Assembly: GCA_963770895.1 (NCBI GenBank)
Contig: CAVYRF010000002.1
Span: 2,976,001 to 3,040,000, forward strand
DNA length: 64,000 bases
Source of the DNA: an uncultured Acidobacteriota bacterium
Lineage (GTDB): Bacteria > Acidobacteriota > Thermoanaerobaculia > Multivoradales > UBA5704
Direction: 5' to 3'
Part shown: piece by piece, positions 1-11,443 of the stretch
How the letters are laid out: the number at the start of each line of letters is the position of its first letter
How positions within the stretch are numbered: the first letter of the stretch is position 1
Translations under genes and position numbers: made by a program
The notes under the pieces: model-generated
Database searches by the model: none
Told to the model about the DNA's origin: nothing
Seen by the model: the letters and a program-made list of their open reading frames with translations, nothing else

Positions 1-1090
1 CGCCCGCCACCCGGTAGGAGCCGTCGGGCTCCTGTTGCAGGTCGGGATTCTCGGTATCGAATTCGTCCTGGATCTGGCCGACGATCACTTCGATCACGTC
101 TTCGAGCGTCACCACCCCCGAAACGCCGCCGTACTCGTCGAGCACGGCCGCCAGGTGGAAGCGCTCGGTGCGCATGCGCTTGAGCAGGCGGTCGAGGGTC
201 AGCGATTCGGGGACGAAGGCGATTTCGCGCGCCACCTCCTGGAGCTTGGCGGGCGGGCGCTCGCGGCGAAACAGGTCCTTGATGTGGATCACTCCCACCA
301 CGTGGTCGAGGTCGCCGTCGCAGAGGGGGAACCGGGTGTGGCCGCTGCGGCGCGCCAGGCGCAGGTTGTCCGCCACCGGCTGATCGGTCGTCAGATACAC
401 CACGTCCTGGCGGGGCAGCATGATCTGGCGCGCCACCCGGTGTGACAGCTCGAACACGTTGTCCAGCAGCTCGCGTTTCTGCTGCGACACGTCGGATTCG
501 TGCGCCGAGGCCAGCAGCAGGCGCAGCTCCGCTTCGTCGCGCACCCCTTCGCCCGAGCCAGGCGGCGCCAACCCGAACAGAGCCATCAGGCCGCGCGACG
601 AGCGGTTGAGCAGCCAGATCGCCGGATAGGTCACGCGGTAGAACGCGTACAGCGGCAGCGCCACCAGCAACGCCGCCGGCACCACCCGGCGCAGCGCCAG
701 CCACTTCGGAGTCAGCTCTCCCAGCACGATGTGCAGGATGGTGATGGCGAGAAACGAGATGGTGAGACCGATCGAATGCACGATCCGCGGGTTGGGGGCG
801 CCGAACCAACGCACCGCGGGCTCGATCAGCCACGAAAACGCCGGCTCGCCGATCCACCCCAGGGCCAGGGACGCCAGGGTGATCCCCAGCTGCGTCGCCG
901 ACAGGTAGGCGTCCAGGTGCTGCGTCATCCGTCGCGCCACCATCGCCCGCCGCTGCCCGCGCTCGGCGGCCGGCTGCAGCTGCGTCGGCCGCACCCGAAC
1001 CAGCGCGAACTCGGCGGCGACGAAGAAGCCGTTGATCAGCACCAAAAGGAAGCCAAATACCAGCGCCCAGCCTGGTTCCAGCGTGCTCAT
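1..1090 (-). CDS. Hemolysin-family (HlyC/CorC; CNNM/DUF21 + CBS) membrane protein, 3' end outside the window
   Basis: Manual minus-strand translation from the ATG at 1090: MSTLEPGWALVFGFLLVLINGFFVAAEFALV...YLSATQLGITLASLALGWIGEP...HIVLGELTPK...IMLPRQDVV...SGHTRFP. Missing from the ORF track because it runs off the window. Confidence 0.9.
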   Translation of the reverse strand, partial: MSTLEPGWALVFGFLLVLINGFFVAAEFALVRVRPTQLQPAAERGQRRAMVARRMTQHLDAYLSATQLGITLASLALGWIGEPAFSWLIEPAVRWFGAPNPRIVHSIGLTISFLAITILHIVLGELTPKWLALRRVVPAALLVALPLYAFYRVTYPAIWLLNRSSRGLMALFGLAPPGSGEGVRDEAELRLLLASAHESDVSQQKRELLDNVFELSHRVARQIMLPRQDVVYLTTDQPVADNLRLARRSGHTRFPLCDGDLDHVVGVIHIKDLFRRERPPAKLQEVAREIAFVPESLTLDRLLKRMRTERFHLAAVLDEYGGVSGVVTLEDVIEVIVGQIQDEFDTENPDLQQEPDGSYRVAG

Positions 1091-1213
1091 CGCCGGCGCT
1101 CCCGCCGGTACGGCGCCGCGGTCGGACGATCAGGCTTTGAGAAAAGGGGTCGCGGAGGGTCTGTGCTCAAGCTCTGTGACTCTAGCACAGGTCTTTGGGC
1201 TGCTGCCGGCGGC

Positions 1214-1242
1214 TTGACAGCGTGCGCGCGGGGGCTTAGACT
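1214..1242 (+). promoter_or_regulatory. Sigma70-type promoter of groESL
   Basis: TTGACA (1214-1219), 17 bp spacer, TAGACT (1237-1242), directly upstream of the CIRCE element. Confidence 0.8.
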
Positions 1243-1247
1243 GCCTG

Positions 1248-1274
1248 TTAGCAGTCACCGTCGTTGAGTGCTAA
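1248..1274 (+). promoter_or_regulatory. CIRCE element (HrcA operator)
   Basis: TTAGCAGTC-N9-GAGTGCTAA, one mismatch to the consensus TTAGCACTC-N9-GAGTGCTAA, upstream of groES. Confidence 0.93.
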
Positions 1275-1346
1275 CAAGCCACGGTGGGCTGGACCTGAGG
1301 CTGAAGGCTTTTTCCAACCCCCCAGTATTGAAGGAGGCAAGCCGTC

Positions 1347-1643
1347 ATGAACATCCGTCCGTTACACGACCGTGTCGTGGTGAAGCGTATCGAGCAGGAG
1401 GAGCAGGTTCGCGGGGGCATCATCATTCCTGACACCGCCAAAGAGAAGCCGCAAGAGGCCGAAGTGATCGCCGTCGGACCCGGCAAGCTGAACGATGAGG
1501 GCAAGCGTTCGCCGATGGACGTCAAGGCGGGCGACCGCGTGCTGATGGGCAAGTATTCCGGCAGCGAGATCAAGATCGACAACGAGGATTACGTCATCCT
1601 GCGCGAAGACGAAATCCTGGCGGTGGTGAACGGCAAGAAGTAA
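1347..1643 (+). CDS. groES: Co-chaperonin GroES
   Basis: [14 protein letters not shown]...[14 protein letters not shown]...; AAGGAGG RBS upstream. Confidence 0.98.
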   Translation: MNIRPLHDRVVVKRIEQEEQVRGGIIIPDTAKEKPQEAEVIAVGPGKLNDEGKRSPMDVKAGDRVLMGKYSGSEIKIDNEDYVILREDEILAVVNGKK

Positions 1644-3377
<1,734 letters not shown>

Positions 3378-3491
3378 ACCCAAGCCTCAAGGCCCAGGCG
3401 CAAGCCGAAGCCAAGCCCCACTCAGCCCGGTGGCCCGCCCGCATCAAGGCGCGCCGCCGGTGCTGTATCCCTTCGCAAATTCGCTCCTTCG

Positions 3492-3523
3492 CGGCCGACC
3501 CGGCTTTCCGGGCCGGCCGTTTT
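3492..3523 (+). terminator. Probable rho-independent terminator after groEL
   Basis: CGGCCGACCCGG-CTTT-CCGGGCCGGCCG hairpin followed by TTTT. Confidence 0.6.
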
Positions 3524-3769
3524 CACGTCCGGCGCCCGGCGCGCCCCGGCGCTTGGCAGCGTCCGTCTGCCGCTCGCCGGTCGTGTTACAGCTTTGCCAA
3601 GCGAACAGCGTGCAACGGAATGTGCTTGTCACCCGTATATACGGAGGTACGGTACTGATTCTGAGTCGCCTTTGGGTGATGACGCGTAGTCGCGGCTAGG
3701 TGGCCGGGTCCCCCCGCCGGTCGGCCTCGCCAGGTGCGACGGGTGTCCTGCGGAAGAAGGGAGCCAGGG

Positions 3770-6700
3770 ATGCGACTGTGCCTCGGCGTAGTGGCGGTGG
3801 TCGTTGGTTTGGCGTTTCCGGCGTCAGGGTCGGCGCAGGCTGCCGGGGGTTCGGCCGGCGGCGCCGGGGTGACCATGGCGGTTGGTGGTAGCGGCCAGAC
3901 CGCCGCGGCGCCCCTGGTGGAGTGGCCGGAGGTGGGGCGGACGTTTGCCGAGCCGCTGGTCCCCGTCGGGGCGCCGGAGGCGCTGGAAACCCGCGAGCTG
4001 GCGGCGGCGATCCGCGCCTACCGCGCGGCGGCGGACGTTGAGGCGGTGGAGCCGATCCTCGCGTTCCTGACGCGGCACCCGGATTCGGCCTGGAAGCCGT
4101 CGTTGCTCGCCAACCTGGCGGTGCTCTATCGCCACACCGGCTACCTGGATCGCGCTCTTGCCGCGGCCGAAGATGCCTGGCGGTTGACCGCGACGTCTGG
4201 GGAGCCCGAGGCGATGAAGGTTGCCGACGCGGCGCTGGCGACCCGCATCGAGATCACCTCCGCCCTGGGCCGCACGGAGGAACTGGCGGCGCTGCTCGAC
4301 GCGGTGCGGAGCCGCCCCCTGCGCGGTCACGCCGCGGAGATCGTTTCCGGCGCGCGGTCGAGCCTGTGGCAGATGCGCCACGACCCGGGCAGCTCCTTCC
4401 GCTGCGGCCCCCTGGCCATCGAGCGGGTCGCCGCGGTGCTGCATCCGGGCGCCGCCCCCGATCCGCGGGTGCTGCGCTACCGCTCGACGGGCCAGGGCAC
4501 CTCGCTGGAGGAGATGGCGCAGCTTGCCCAGGCGACCGGCCTGGAGCTGCAGGCGTTCCAACGCCAGGCCGGCTCTCCAATCCCGGTGCCGGCGGTGGTG
4601 CATTGGAAGGCCGGCCACTTCGCGGCGCTCGTCGCGCAGCAGGGGAGCCGCTACCTGGTCAAGGACATGACCTTCGGCGACAACCGCTGGCTGAGCCGCG
4701 CCGCCGTGGAGGAGGAGTCCTCCGGCTATCTGCTTGCCCGGTCTGGAAAGCCGCTGCCGGAGGGGTGGCGTGCGGTGGCGCCCGCGGAGGCTGCGGCGGT
4801 GCGCGGGCGAGGCGCCAGCGCCAACCCCAACCCGGGAGCGACCACGCCGGCCGACCCCAAGAAGCCGGCGCTGTGCGGTGGCAACGGCGTCGGCATGCCG
4901 GTCTACAACTTTCACACCGCGGTGGTGAGCTTGAACGTCACCGACTCTCCGGTCGGCTATCAGCCGCCGCGCGGACCGGCGATGCGGTTCGGCATCACCT
5001 ACAACAGCCGCGAAGACTTTCAGCCGGCCACGTTCACCTACACCAACCTGGGCTCGCGCTGGAACTTCGACTGGCTCTCCTACGTCGAAGACGACGACCC
5101 CAACGGCAACGGCAACACCATCCGCGTCGCCGAGAGGGGCGGCGGCTCGTACATCCTGTCGCAGGTTTCGGCCATCTATTGGTGGGCGTACGGCCCCAAC
5201 GTGAGCGGTTCGCACGACACGGTGACGCGGCTGTTCCAGGCGGGTGCGAACAGCACCGTCGGCTTTGTGCGGCAGTATCCCGACGGTTCGCAGGACACCT
5301 ATCAGCTTTCGGACAACGCCGCCATGATGCGCAAGTACTACCTGACCGCGGTGACGGATGCGGTAGGCAATACGGTCACGCTCAACTACGACGCCGCGAC
5401 CACGCGCCTGCTGTCGATCACCGATCCGCTGGGCCAGACGACGACGCTCACCTATGGGTTGGCGGGAGACATGTACAAAGTCACCGCGGTCACCGACCCG
5501 TTTGGGCGCCAGGCGCTCTTTCAGTATTCCGGCGGCGAGCTGCAGAGCGTCACCGACGCCGCCGGGATGACATCGTCGTTCGCCTACGGTCCGACCGTGC
5601 CGGCGCCGGCAGCGCCCTATTGCCTCAACAGCAGCTACGACACGGTGTACGCCGTGCCGGCGGATTTCATGAACGCGATGACCACTCCCTACGGCACGAC
5701 GAGCTTCGTCATGGGGGAGGCGCCGCCGTGCGTCGGAACCGACCTTGGCAACATCCGCTGGCTGCAGGCGACCGATCCGCTCGGCCACCAGGAGCGGATC
5801 GAGTTCACGCACGAAGCGCAGAACGTTCCAGAGACCACGACCGAGCCGATCCCCGCCGGCTTTGGCAACGAAAACCTGGCGTATCGCAATACCTACTATT
5901 GGAACCCGACGGCGATGGAGCAGTACAGCGCCGCCGATCCCAATCGGTATCTCAACGCCACCTTCACCATCCACTGGCTGCGCGACTTTTCGGAAGGCGG
6001 GACGGCGGCGTCTTCGATCCCGGGTTTTGTTCAGCCGCAGGGGGAGCGCCGCATCTGGATGAACTATCCCAACATGCCCGGCGACAGCGACCAGGGCAGC
6101 CTTTCGGCGCCGACCGTCACGGCGACGGTGCTCGACACCGGCCAGACCCAGGCAACTGCCTCCAGCTACGATGCCTCGGGCAGGCTGCTGACCTATGCCG
6201 ACCCGGCGGGCCGCACCTATAACTACCTGTATGCGGCCAACCAGATCGATCTGATCAAGGTGCTGGCCGGGCAGCTGGATGGCGGCGGCACTGGCCTTAC
6301 GTCTGCCGGCGAACAGCTGGCCGGCTTGACCTACAACTCGGTGCATGAACCGCTCACCTACGTCGACTACGCGGGCCAGCGGTCGACATTCACCTACAAC
6401 AGCTTTGGCGAGATGACCTCGGCGCAGCGGCCGGATGGGGTGACCACCAACTACACCTACGACAGCCGGGGTTTTCTGATCCAAAAAGCGATCGCCGGGA
6501 CCACCTACCAGGAAACCTACACGTACGACTCCGCCAATCGGCTGCTGACCTGGACGTCGACGGACGGCTACACCTTGACGTTCAGCTACGACTCGCTGGA
6601 TCGCCTCACGCAGATCACCTATCCGGACGGCACGATGGACCAGGTGGTGTTCAACAAGTTGGACGTCGTGGCCTATCAGGACCGCATGGGACGGGTCACC

Positions 6701-7858
6701 ACGTACGCCTACGACGCCGCCGATCGCCTGGCTTCCGTCACCGACCCGGCAGGAAGAACCACGACCTATTCCTGGTGCGGCTGTGGCGCGCTGTCGCAGG
6801 TGGCCGACCCGCGCGGCTACCTGACCACCTGGATGCTCGACGGCCTCAACCGCGTGGTCGGCAAGCAGGTCAACGGCGCCACGGTGGCGCTCTTTGCCTA
6901 CGACGACGCCGGCAGGTTGATCCGGCGCACCGACGGGTTGGGCCAGGTCACCAACTACAGCTATACCGTCGACAACCGGCTGGCGGCGATCACCTATCAG
7001 AACAGCGTCCACGCGACGCCCGGCGTGCAATATTTCTACGATCAGTACTACCCGCGCTTGACGATGATGACCGATGCGTTCGGTTCGACGCTCTACAGCT
7101 ACAACCCCGCGGGCAGCGTCGGAGCGGGACAGATCGCCAGCATCACCGCGCCGGCGCCCAATCACACGATCATCTTTCAATACGACGTCAACGGCCGGCG
7201 CATCGGCCAGACGGTTGACGGCGTGGCGCAGACGCGGACCTACGACAGCGAGGATCGTCTGACGACCCTGGCCAGCCCGCTCGGCACGTTCACCGCGACC
7301 TACGTCGGATCGTCCAGCCGGATGGCCACGCTGTCCTATCCGAACGGTCAGGGAGCGGCGTATTCCTATCTTGGCCCGACGCAAGACTTTCGTTTATCGC
7401 AGGTGGTCTGGGGTTCCACGGCGAACGGCCCCAACCTGTCGCAGTTCGGCTACTCCTATGATCCTGCTCACCAGCAGATCGTCGGCCTCTCCTGGTTCGA
7501 TATCGACAACCCGACGGGGCGATTCTTCAACTTCACCTACGACGGCGCCCAGCAGCTGATCGCGCGGCAGCAGACAACCAACCCGGCGCAGTCGCCGGTG
7601 ACGACGCTGCACACCTACGCGGCCGGCTACGACCCGTCGGGCAACCGCACCAGCGAAACCATCGATACGGCTCTATCGACCGCAACCTACGACGGCGCCA
7701 ATCAGCTGATCACGCTCGATTCCGGGCTCAGCCTGCAGGCGCAGGCGGCAATCCAGCAGCTGCGCGCCCGCCGGCCGGCGGCGACGGTGCCGCCGCGAAG
7801 TCCAGCCGGAGCGCCGGGAACTCCAGGCAACGTCAACGGGGGCGGCCATGAGAACTGA
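3770..7858 (+). CDS. Secreted Rhs/YD-repeat protein with N-terminal peptidase C39-like domain; lacks the Rhs core C-terminus (N-terminal half of a split Rhs)
   Basis: Signal peptide MRLCLGVVAVVVGLAFPASGSA. C39-like residues FRCGPLA / VVHWKAGHFAAL / LVKD. Rhs N-terminal region (VSLNVTDSPVGYQPPRGP...LGSRWNFDW) and many YD repeats. Ends after YDPSGNRTSE...YDGANQL with no DPxGL. Alternative GTG start at 3734. Confidence 0.88.
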   Translation: MRLCLGVVAVVVGLAFPASGSAQAAGGSAGGAGVTMAVGGSGQTAAAPLVEWPEVGRTFAEPLVPVGAPEALETRELAAAIRAYRAAADVEAVEPILAFLTRHPDSAWKPSLLANLAVLYRHTGYLDRALAAAEDAWRLTATSGEPEAMKVADAALATRIEITSALGRTEELAALLDAVRSRPLRGHAAEIVSGARSSLWQMRHDPGSSFRCGPLAIERVAAVLHPGAAPDPRVLRYRSTGQGTSLEEMAQLAQATGLELQAFQRQAGSPIPVPAVVHWKAGHFAALVAQQGSRYLVKDMTFGDNRWLSRAAVEEESSGYLLARSGKPLPEGWRAVAPAEAAAVRGRGASANPNPGATTPADPKKPALCGGNGVGMPVYNFHTAVVSLNVTDSPVGYQPPRGPAMRFGITYNSREDFQPATFTYTNLGSRWNFDWLSYVEDDDPNGNGNTIRVAERGGGSYILSQVSAIYWWAYGPNVSGSHDTVTRLFQAGANSTVGFVRQYPDGSQDTYQLSDNAAMMRKYYLTAVTDAVGNTVTLNYDAATTRLLSITDPLGQTTTLTYGLAGDMYKVTAVTDPFGRQALFQYSGGELQSVTDAAGMTSSFAYGPTVPAPAAPYCLNSSYDTVYAVPADFMNAMTTPYGTTSFVMGEAPPCVGTDLGNIRWLQATDPLGHQERIEFTHEAQNVPETTTEPIPAGFGNENLAYRNTYYWNPTAMEQYSAADPNRYLNATFTIHWLRDFSEGGTAASSIPGFVQPQGERRIWMNYPNMPGDSDQGSLSAPTVTATVLDTGQTQATASSYDASGRLLTYADPAGRTYNYLYAANQIDLIKVLAGQLDGGGTGLTSAGEQLAGLTYNSVHEPLTYVDYAGQRSTFTYNSFGEMTSAQRPDGVTTNYTYDSRGFLIQKAIAGTTYQETYTYDSANRLLTWTSTDGYTLTFSYDSLDRLTQITYPDGTMDQVVFNKLDVVAYQDRMGRVTTYAYDAADRLASVTDPAGRTTTYSWCGCGALSQVADPRGYLTTWMLDGLNRVVGKQVNGATVALFAYDDAGRLIRRTDGLGQVTNYSYTVDNRLAAITYQNSVHATPGVQYFYDQYYPRLTMMTDAFGSTLYSYNPAGSVGAGQIASITAPAPNHTIIFQYDVNGRRIGQTVDGVAQTRTYDSEDRLTTLASPLGTFTATYVGSSSRMATLSYPNGQGAAYSYLGPTQDFRLSQVVWGSTANGPNLSQFGYSYDPAHQQIVGLSWFDIDNPTGRFFNFTYDGAQQLIARQQTTNPAQSPVTTLHTYAAGYDPSGNRTSETIDTALSTATYDGANQLITLDSGLSLQAQAAIQQLRARRPAATVPPRSPAGAPGTPGNVNGGGHEN

Positions 7859-10800
7859 GCGGTGGCTGGAAGCCGTCCGCGGCCGGCTGCTGCCGCTCGC
7901 GTTTGCGGGTGTTGTCCTGGTTACCGGCGGGCTACGCCAGGTCCGTGCGCAGACCAGTGTCACGGTGAGCGGACCGACCACCTTGTATCAAGGCGAAGCC
8001 GCGATCTACAACGCGTCCGTCTATCCCTATCCCACCGGGACCGTGGTCACCTGGTCGGTGTATCCGCCGGCGGGTGTCACCTTGAACGAACCTGGAACGA
8101 CATCCATCAACGTCACGGCAGGCACGACGCCCGGCGTGTACACCCTGACCGCCATTGCCAATAACGTGGCCTCAGGATATTTGAACATCACCGTCCCGGG
8201 GCCTCCGGTCACTTCGGTGACCCCGCTGACCGCCGTGATCGCCGCCGGCCAGGCGGCCTTGTTTTCCGCCAGCGTGATCAACTCGGACTCGCCATACTTC
8301 TTTTGGAGCACGGACGACCCCAGCGGTATTGTTGCGGGAGGCGGGGGCGCGGGCACCGGCCCCGTCGGTCAATTCAGCCACATCGTGGGCCGCTCGGGAG
8401 GGCTGTTTCATGTCTACGTCGTCAACAACGGAGACGGCAATTATGGCGTCCAGGGCACCGCGACCGTGCAGGTGGTCGACGTCGCCGTCGCGCCGGCGGC
8501 CATTACGGTCCTGCCTGGCACCGCGCGGCAATTCTTTGCCGACGTGACCGGCAGCCAGCAGAGCGTGCAATGGTCCTCGACGTTGCCGGGAGCTACCTTT
8601 TCGAGCACCGGCCTCCTTCAGGTGCCGGCCAACGCGGCCGCGGGCTCCTACACCGTCACGGTGCAGACCGTCGGCAACCCGCTGGCGACCAGCACCGCGG
8701 CGCTCACGGTCGTGTCCACCATGCCGGTGAGCGGGGTCGCCGTGTCGCCGTCGCGCTCGGTGATCGATTCGGGGCAGCAGGAGCCCTTCACGGCGGTGGT
8801 GGAAGACCCCAACGGTGAGCCGCATCCCAACCAGGCAGTCACCTGGTCGGTTGCCGGTCCGGGCGCCGCGTCGATTGCCGCCAACGGTCTGTTCACCGCG
8901 CCTGCCGTGCCCGGCGTCTTTACCGTCACGGCGACGGCGGTGGCGAATCCGACCCAATCAGGCACCGCCACGGTGACGGTGGGCGAAGACCTGGAGATCC
9001 TGCCGTCGTCGCCCAGCCTTGCGCCGGGCGCCAGCCAGGCCTTCACCGCGCAGGTCAGCGGCGTCGCCAATCCGGCCGTGACCTGGAGCGTAGAGGAAGG
9101 CTCGGCAGGTGGCAGCATCACCACGGCGGGGCTCTACACCGCCCCCGTCGGCGCCGGCGTCTACCACGTCCTGGCGCTGTCCACCGCGGCGGGAGGCGGC
9201 CCCGTACAGGGCTTGGCGACGGTCACCGTGAGCGCCGGCCCGCTGATCGGGATCGCCGTCGCCCCGGCGGAAACCGCGGTGGCCGCGGGCGGCCTGCAGC
9301 AGTTCACCGCCACTGTGGCAGGCGCCGCCGACACCGGCGTCCTGTGGTCCGTGTCGGCAGGTTCGATCGACGCGACCGGCCTCTTCACCGCCCCCACGAC
9401 CGACGGCACCGTCACCATCACCGCCGCGAGCCACGCCGACCCGCAGGTGCAGGCCTCGGCAACCGCGGTCGTCACGGTTCCCGGCCAGGGGCAGGCGTTC
9501 CAATACGACGCCAACGGCAACCTGCTGTCCGACGGCACCCGCACCTACGAATGGGATGCGGAAAACCGCCTGACCGCGATCAACATCGGCAGTCAGCGCA
9601 GCCAGTTCGCCTACGACGGCCTGGGGCGGCGCGCGCTCATCACCGAGCTGAACAACGGCGCCGTGGTGAGCAGCCGGCACTACATCTGGGTGGAAGACCA
9701 GATCGTCGAAGAGACGGACGCCACCGTCGATCCGACCGGAGCGGTCACCGCGCCTGGCAACTTCGACAGCCTCAACTGCAACCAGGTCGCCGGCTGGGCG
9801 TGGAATCCCGCCCAACCGAACACGCCTGTCAGCGTCAGCATCGAGTCCGGCACGACCAGCGAGGCAACCGTGCTGGCCAACAACTACCGCAGCGACCTCA
9901 AGCTCGCCGGCGCCGGCAACGGCAACCACGGCTTCACCTATCCATTGCCCGCGCAGTTCAAGACCGGCACGGCGCAGGCCGCGACGCTGTTGCTAACCGG
10001 CACCACGACATCGCTCGGCACCCGCACCGTGACCTGTACCGCGCCCAGCTTTTCAGGCTCGTTCGCCAGCCCCAGCTGCACCCAGCTCGCCGGTTGGGCC
10101 TGGGACGCCACCGAACCCAACGACCCGATCAACGTCGACATCTACGACGGCACCACCCTGATCGTCACCGTCCTTGCCAACACCTTCCGCCAGGACCTGG
10201 AAAACGCCGGCATCGGCAACGGTGTCCACGGCTTCTTCCTCCCCACCCCCGCCGCGCTCAAGACCGGCACCGCCCACACCATCACCCTCAAAGCCGGAGG
10301 CACGCCGACGGTCATCGGCGCCCCGCAAACGCTCACCTGCTCCAGCGCCAACTTCGCCGGTTTCTTCGACTATGCTGACTGCACCCAGCTCGCCGGCTGG
10401 GCCTGGGATGCCAACCAACCCAACGCCGCCCTCAACGTGGACCTCTACGACAACGGCGCCCTGCTCGCCACCATCCCCGCCGCCACCTTCCGCCAGGACC
10501 TGCAAACCGCCGGCAAGGGCAACGGCGATCACGGCTTCACCTACACCTCGCCAGCCCTCTACTCCGGCACCACCCACAGCCTGTCCGTCACCTATTCCGG
10601 CACCACCATCCCCTTGGGAGGCACCCCAAAGACCATCACCTGCCCAACCGAGCCCATCCTCACCCGCTTCTTCCCCGGAGGCATGCAGTCCAGCGGCACC
10701 AACTACTACTTCACCTACGACCGCCTGGGCAGCGTCCGCGAAGTCACCGACCCCAACGGCAAGGTCGTCAGCCGCTACGATTACGACCCCTACGGACGCC

Positions 10801-11426
10801 TCACCATCAACCAAGGCACCCCGCCCCGCTTCGGCTTCGCCGGTACCTACTACCACCAACCCTCCGGCCTCAGCCTGACCGAGTACCGCGCCTACGACCC
10901 CAACCTCGGCCGCTGGGAAAGCCGCGACCCGTTGGGTGAAATAGGTGGCGAGTTCAACCTCTACCGCTATACCGGCGGGGATCCGATCAATCTGATCGAT
11001 CCTCTTGGGCTAGCGACGATAGAGGCGACGCCTCCAAACGCCGTTACGTATCTTGCCCCTGACGGTCAGTGTTTTTATGCGCCTCCTGGTGTAGATTGGA
11101 ATGAGGTCCACAAGGCTGGCCATGATCAGGGGCTTCTTGGAGCAGCCGACAACGTCGCACAAAAAGGCAGATATGACGTTCAGCGCAGTGGTGACAACTT
11201 TTATCTCGCCTATGTTCATGCGTCAAATTACGCCGTCGGCGTCTATATGAACGGGGCAGGGATTCCATTATGGGCGACCGACGTGATAGGCAAAACATAC
11301 GGGCTTCTTAAGTCTGACAATACGGCCCATAACGACTGGGTGACCTGGTGGGCAAATGGCTGGAATGCTGCAAACTCTGGACGGCTTCCAGCTAAACCTT
11401 GTAAGTGCCGGCCTGCCAAGCATTGA
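7848..11426 (+). CDS. Secreted Ig-like-repeat protein with Rhs-associated core and C-terminal toxin domain (possibly Ntox44-like)
   Basis: Signal peptide ending VRA-QT; about 6 Big_2-like repeats (VAVSP...QQFTATV...VTWSV...GLFTAP); YDANGNL...WDAENRL; three GWAWD repeats; core YDPYG...RAYDPNLGRW...DPINLIDPLGL; then a lower-GC tip containing YDVQR and SNYAVGVYMNGAG. Confidence 0.88.
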   Translation: MRTERWLEAVRGRLLPLAFAGVVLVTGGLRQVRAQTSVTVSGPTTLYQGEAAIYNASVYPYPTGTVVTWSVYPPAGVTLNEPGTTSINVTAGTTPGVYTLTAIANNVASGYLNITVPGPPVTSVTPLTAVIAAGQAALFSASVINSDSPYFFWSTDDPSGIVAGGGGAGTGPVGQFSHIVGRSGGLFHVYVVNNGDGNYGVQGTATVQVVDVAVAPAAITVLPGTARQFFADVTGSQQSVQWSSTLPGATFSSTGLLQVPANAAAGSYTVTVQTVGNPLATSTAALTVVSTMPVSGVAVSPSRSVIDSGQQEPFTAVVEDPNGEPHPNQAVTWSVAGPGAASIAANGLFTAPAVPGVFTVTATAVANPTQSGTATVTVGEDLEILPSSPSLAPGASQAFTAQVSGVANPAVTWSVEEGSAGGSITTAGLYTAPVGAGVYHVLALSTAAGGGPVQGLATVTVSAGPLIGIAVAPAETAVAAGGLQQFTATVAGAADTGVLWSVSAGSIDATGLFTAPTTDGTVTITAASHADPQVQASATAVVTVPGQGQAFQYDANGNLLSDGTRTYEWDAENRLTAINIGSQRSQFAYDGLGRRALITELNNGAVVSSRHYIWVEDQIVEETDATVDPTGAVTAPGNFDSLNCNQVAGWAWNPAQPNTPVSVSIESGTTSEATVLANNYRSDLKLAGAGNGNHGFTYPLPAQFKTGTAQAATLLLTGTTTSLGTRTVTCTAPSFSGSFASPSCTQLAGWAWDATEPNDPINVDIYDGTTLIVTVLANTFRQDLENAGIGNGVHGFFLPTPAALKTGTAHTITLKAGGTPTVIGAPQTLTCSSANFAGFFDYADCTQLAGWAWDANQPNAALNVDLYDNGALLATIPAATFRQDLQTAGKGNGDHGFTYTSPALYSGTTHSLSVTYSGTTIPLGGTPKTITCPTEPILTRFFPGGMQSSGTNYYFTYDRLGSVREVTDPNGKVVSRYDYDPYGRLTINQGTPPRFGFAGTYYHQPSGLSLTEYRAYDPNLGRWESRDPLGEIGGEFNLYRYTGGDPINLIDPLGLATIEATPPNAVTYLAPDGQCFYAPPGVDWNEVHKAGHDQGLLGAADNVAQKGRYDVQRSGDNFYLAYVHASNYAVGVYMNGAGIPLWATDVIGKTYGLLKSDNTAHNDWVTWWANGWNAANSGRLPAKPCKCRPAKH
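9756..10645 (+). repeat. Three tandem ~100-aa domains inserted in the Rhs core
   Basis: GxFxxxxCxQxAGWAWxxxxPN...RxDLxxAGxGNGxHGF...TxTC occurs three times. Confidence 0.85.
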
Positions 11427-11443
11427 TCACGGTACGCCTTCAA

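Noticed and set aside
35-1267. Plus-strand ORFs 35..445 and 500..1267
   Set aside because: Antisense to the real hemolysin-family gene
3378-3425. Short CAAG(C/G)C repeats after the groEL stop
   Set aside because: Too short and irregular for a CRISPR array or a defined element
3824-7384. 1186-aa minus-strand ORF and 618-aa alternative-frame ORF (4366..6222)
   Set aside because: Shadows of the Rhs gene; Arg/Gly-rich with no domain motifs
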